From Diadema antillarum (lineage: Eukaryota), in the NCBI RefSeq assembly GCF_040938485.1, contig NW_027271228.1, forward strand, positions 620,001-684,000: 64,000 nt of DNA. The letters run 5' to 3'. The notes under the pieces are model-generated. The model was not told the origin of the DNA, searched no databases, and was given only the letters and a program-made list of their open reading frames with translations. Positions within the stretch are counted from its first letter, which is position 1, and the number at the start of each line of letters is the position of its first letter. Position numbers and translations under genes: made by a program. This document shows positions 61,926 to 64,000 of the stretch, piece after piece.

Positions 61926-62013
61926 ATGGAACACACCAAGTCACAAGTTTGTTCTGACCACTCACAAGACCAGTGTCCAGCTCATACTGAGAAGCTCTTT
62001 TCCGCTCCCAGGA
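61926..62013 (+). CDS. Candidate first coding exon of an unidentified gene (MEHTKSQVCSDHSQDQCPAHTEKLFSAPR)
   Basis: GCCATGG Kozak at 61926, 29 codons + 1 nt, donor A|GTAAGA at 62014; no homology recognised. Confidence 0.25.
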
Positions 62014-62559
62014 GTAAGAAGATATCATGGCCCTATTTTTAGGCTGCAATATAAAATCCGAGCTTATGAGTATATCATGTCCCGTTTTACGCAAAATGCC
62101 GTATAATGGCAATAGTGTGAATAAAGGAAATTACGAAGAGAAAGCAGATAGTTTGATTACCTAGAGAAGAATAATTTGAACGAGGATTCAAAGAAATGCT
62201 TGTTTAGTTTTGGTGATTTTCAAAGATCTACCAGTATAGGTTTGTTCTCATTTCCCTTTATAGTCGAAATGTTACAGCACCCAGACCTCAACGAATGATC
62301 TCTTTTCGAATCCAAGTGTAATACAGTTCTTAACACTTCCAGAGGTTTGCGGTATACCACGTAGATAATGGATAGGTTTGGTCATGATAATGCCTGTTAG
62401 TATGTTTTGATAATGCTTTGACCAATCTACAGTTCAGTGATATTTTGAAGAGTAGATCCTTTTAGACCAATTTTCGGCTCAATTGATACCTAGATGACCG
62501 GTTACTTAACGGGATAGAAAACATTCTCTGGTATAACTCGCGATGCTATGCTACTACTA

Positions 62560-62685
62560 CTACTAACGATAATGATAACAATGATGTTGATGATGATGAT
62601 AATAATGATGATGATAATGATGATGATAATAATCATACTAATCATGATAATAATGATAATAATGATAATAATAATGATAATAATG

Positions 62686-62740
<55 letters not shown>
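62560..62740. repeat. (ATG/AAT)n trinucleotide microsatellite
   Basis: GAT/AAT triplets grading into pure (AAT)n; explains the poly-Ile/Met ORF at 62548. Confidence 0.95.
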
Positions 62741-62741
<1 letters not shown>

Positions 62742-63706
62742 CTTCGTATACCGTTTTCAGTGTTGTGACACTGTTCTATTTATATCAGAGGGCCCTGCCA
62801 TTACTAGCGCTGCCAGGTCACACATGGAAAGAAGGAGAATTAGGATATACGGTGAATATAAAGCATCTTGTCCATTAAGGATGTTTAGGTATACTTGTAC
62901 TTCACTCTACTTTATGCCACAGTGCTCCCAAATGCCTTCTCTCTTGCGATGTAAGTTTCCCGCACCCACCACACAATCTACAGTAGAGTGACACTAATGC
63001 AAAATGTTGCTTTGATAATCATTACTGAGATTGGATTTAATCTTAATCGATAATTATATAATTATGAAATCTTTCAATATGTGAGCGCGCGCGTTTCAAA
63101 TGAGATAGTAATTAAAAATTTGAAAATGCTTATACACTTCTATCAGACAAGAATAATCGGATATTCTTGATGACAAGGTGGTATGGGAAGAGGTTTTCGA
63201 CTTGTTGGTTCCATCGGGTTTATCCCCAGACGCGAAGGAGTGTTGGTTGCTCGAAATATTTATTTTGCACACACACACACACGCAGTTAGAAATTAATTA
63301 AACGGTGTGAAAATTAAAAGAACACATACATACAATGTATTTACAAGCCCCAAAGCAAACACAGTCATAGAAGACTGCGCACACATTGTCCGCGATGGAA
63401 ATACATTTATAATCATGGTATTTGTCTGATAATTCATCTTAATTCTTATGGTTTATGGTCTCAGTGTTTATATATGTAGTGTATAAAAATCTATATCACT
63501 GACGAAGATTACATTACATGGTGCGGTTTCACTTTTGATTTGCTTTAATTTCCGGTCCATTAAAAGTAGGTTCAGATTTAACGTTGTTGACTTGAAATTG
63601 ATTTTAGGATCTGATTAAATTGTGTAGATTTATTTTGTATATATGAGATCATAAAAATGTCTTCTCTTCTCCTTTTCGCGTGCTTTTTCTTTTTTTTTCT
63701 AGAATG

Positions 63707-63743
<37 letters not shown>

Positions 63744-64000
63744 AATAATCCACTTGTTCTTCATCTTCTACGGTCTGGTTTGATACAGTAATATTTTTTT
63801 CGTGTGGCTGTATCGTTTTGATGAAGTCATTGTGGTTTCATAAGGTCCATTAATTTACAACGCATTATGAGCAACTGTCATTATAGTGTTTTTTTTTTTC
63901 TGCATGCCAACAAGCTCTTGATCCCCAATAATAGTCATAGATTATTCTCATTGCTTTCTTTCCTCAACCCCCATTTCTTTTCTTTTTTTTTCTTGCCTTT

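Noticed and set aside
62548-62991. 147-aa ORF with poly-Ile/Met
   Set aside because: Translation of an (ATG/AAT)n microsatellite.

Overview
AT-rich, intron- and transposon-rich animal genomic DNA; the repeat families suggest a marine invertebrate such as an echinoderm (inference). Three spliced genes could be rebuilt exon by exon with canonical GT-AG junctions and consistent phases. (1) TMEM241/SLC35D4-like transporter on +, 9 exons at 2130-9337, first coding exon not found. (2) An unnamed single-TM alpha/beta-hydrolase-fold gene on -, 12 exons at 30307-16503, 419 aa, whose nucleophile elbow reads GSELG instead of GxSxG. (3) LACTB2 on +, 36846-45175, 289 aa. The standout is that LACTB2 has two intact, paralogous, equal-length (122 nt) first coding exons, both able to splice in frame to the shared exon 2. 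Other notable signals: a repeat whose ~170-nt hairpin shows six compensatory base-pair changes between its two copies, a 374-bp templated insertion flanked by a 44-bp target duplication with junction microhomology, a circularly permuted decayed copy of the hydrolase promoter region inside its own intron 1, and many MITEs/foldbacks (piggyBac-, Kolobok-, pogo-, Harbinger- and Helentron-type) plus two LINE remnants. 45.2-64 kb has no confidently assignable gene. No tRNA, rRNA or CRISPR features were seen. Homology calls rest on recalled family sequences, not database searches.
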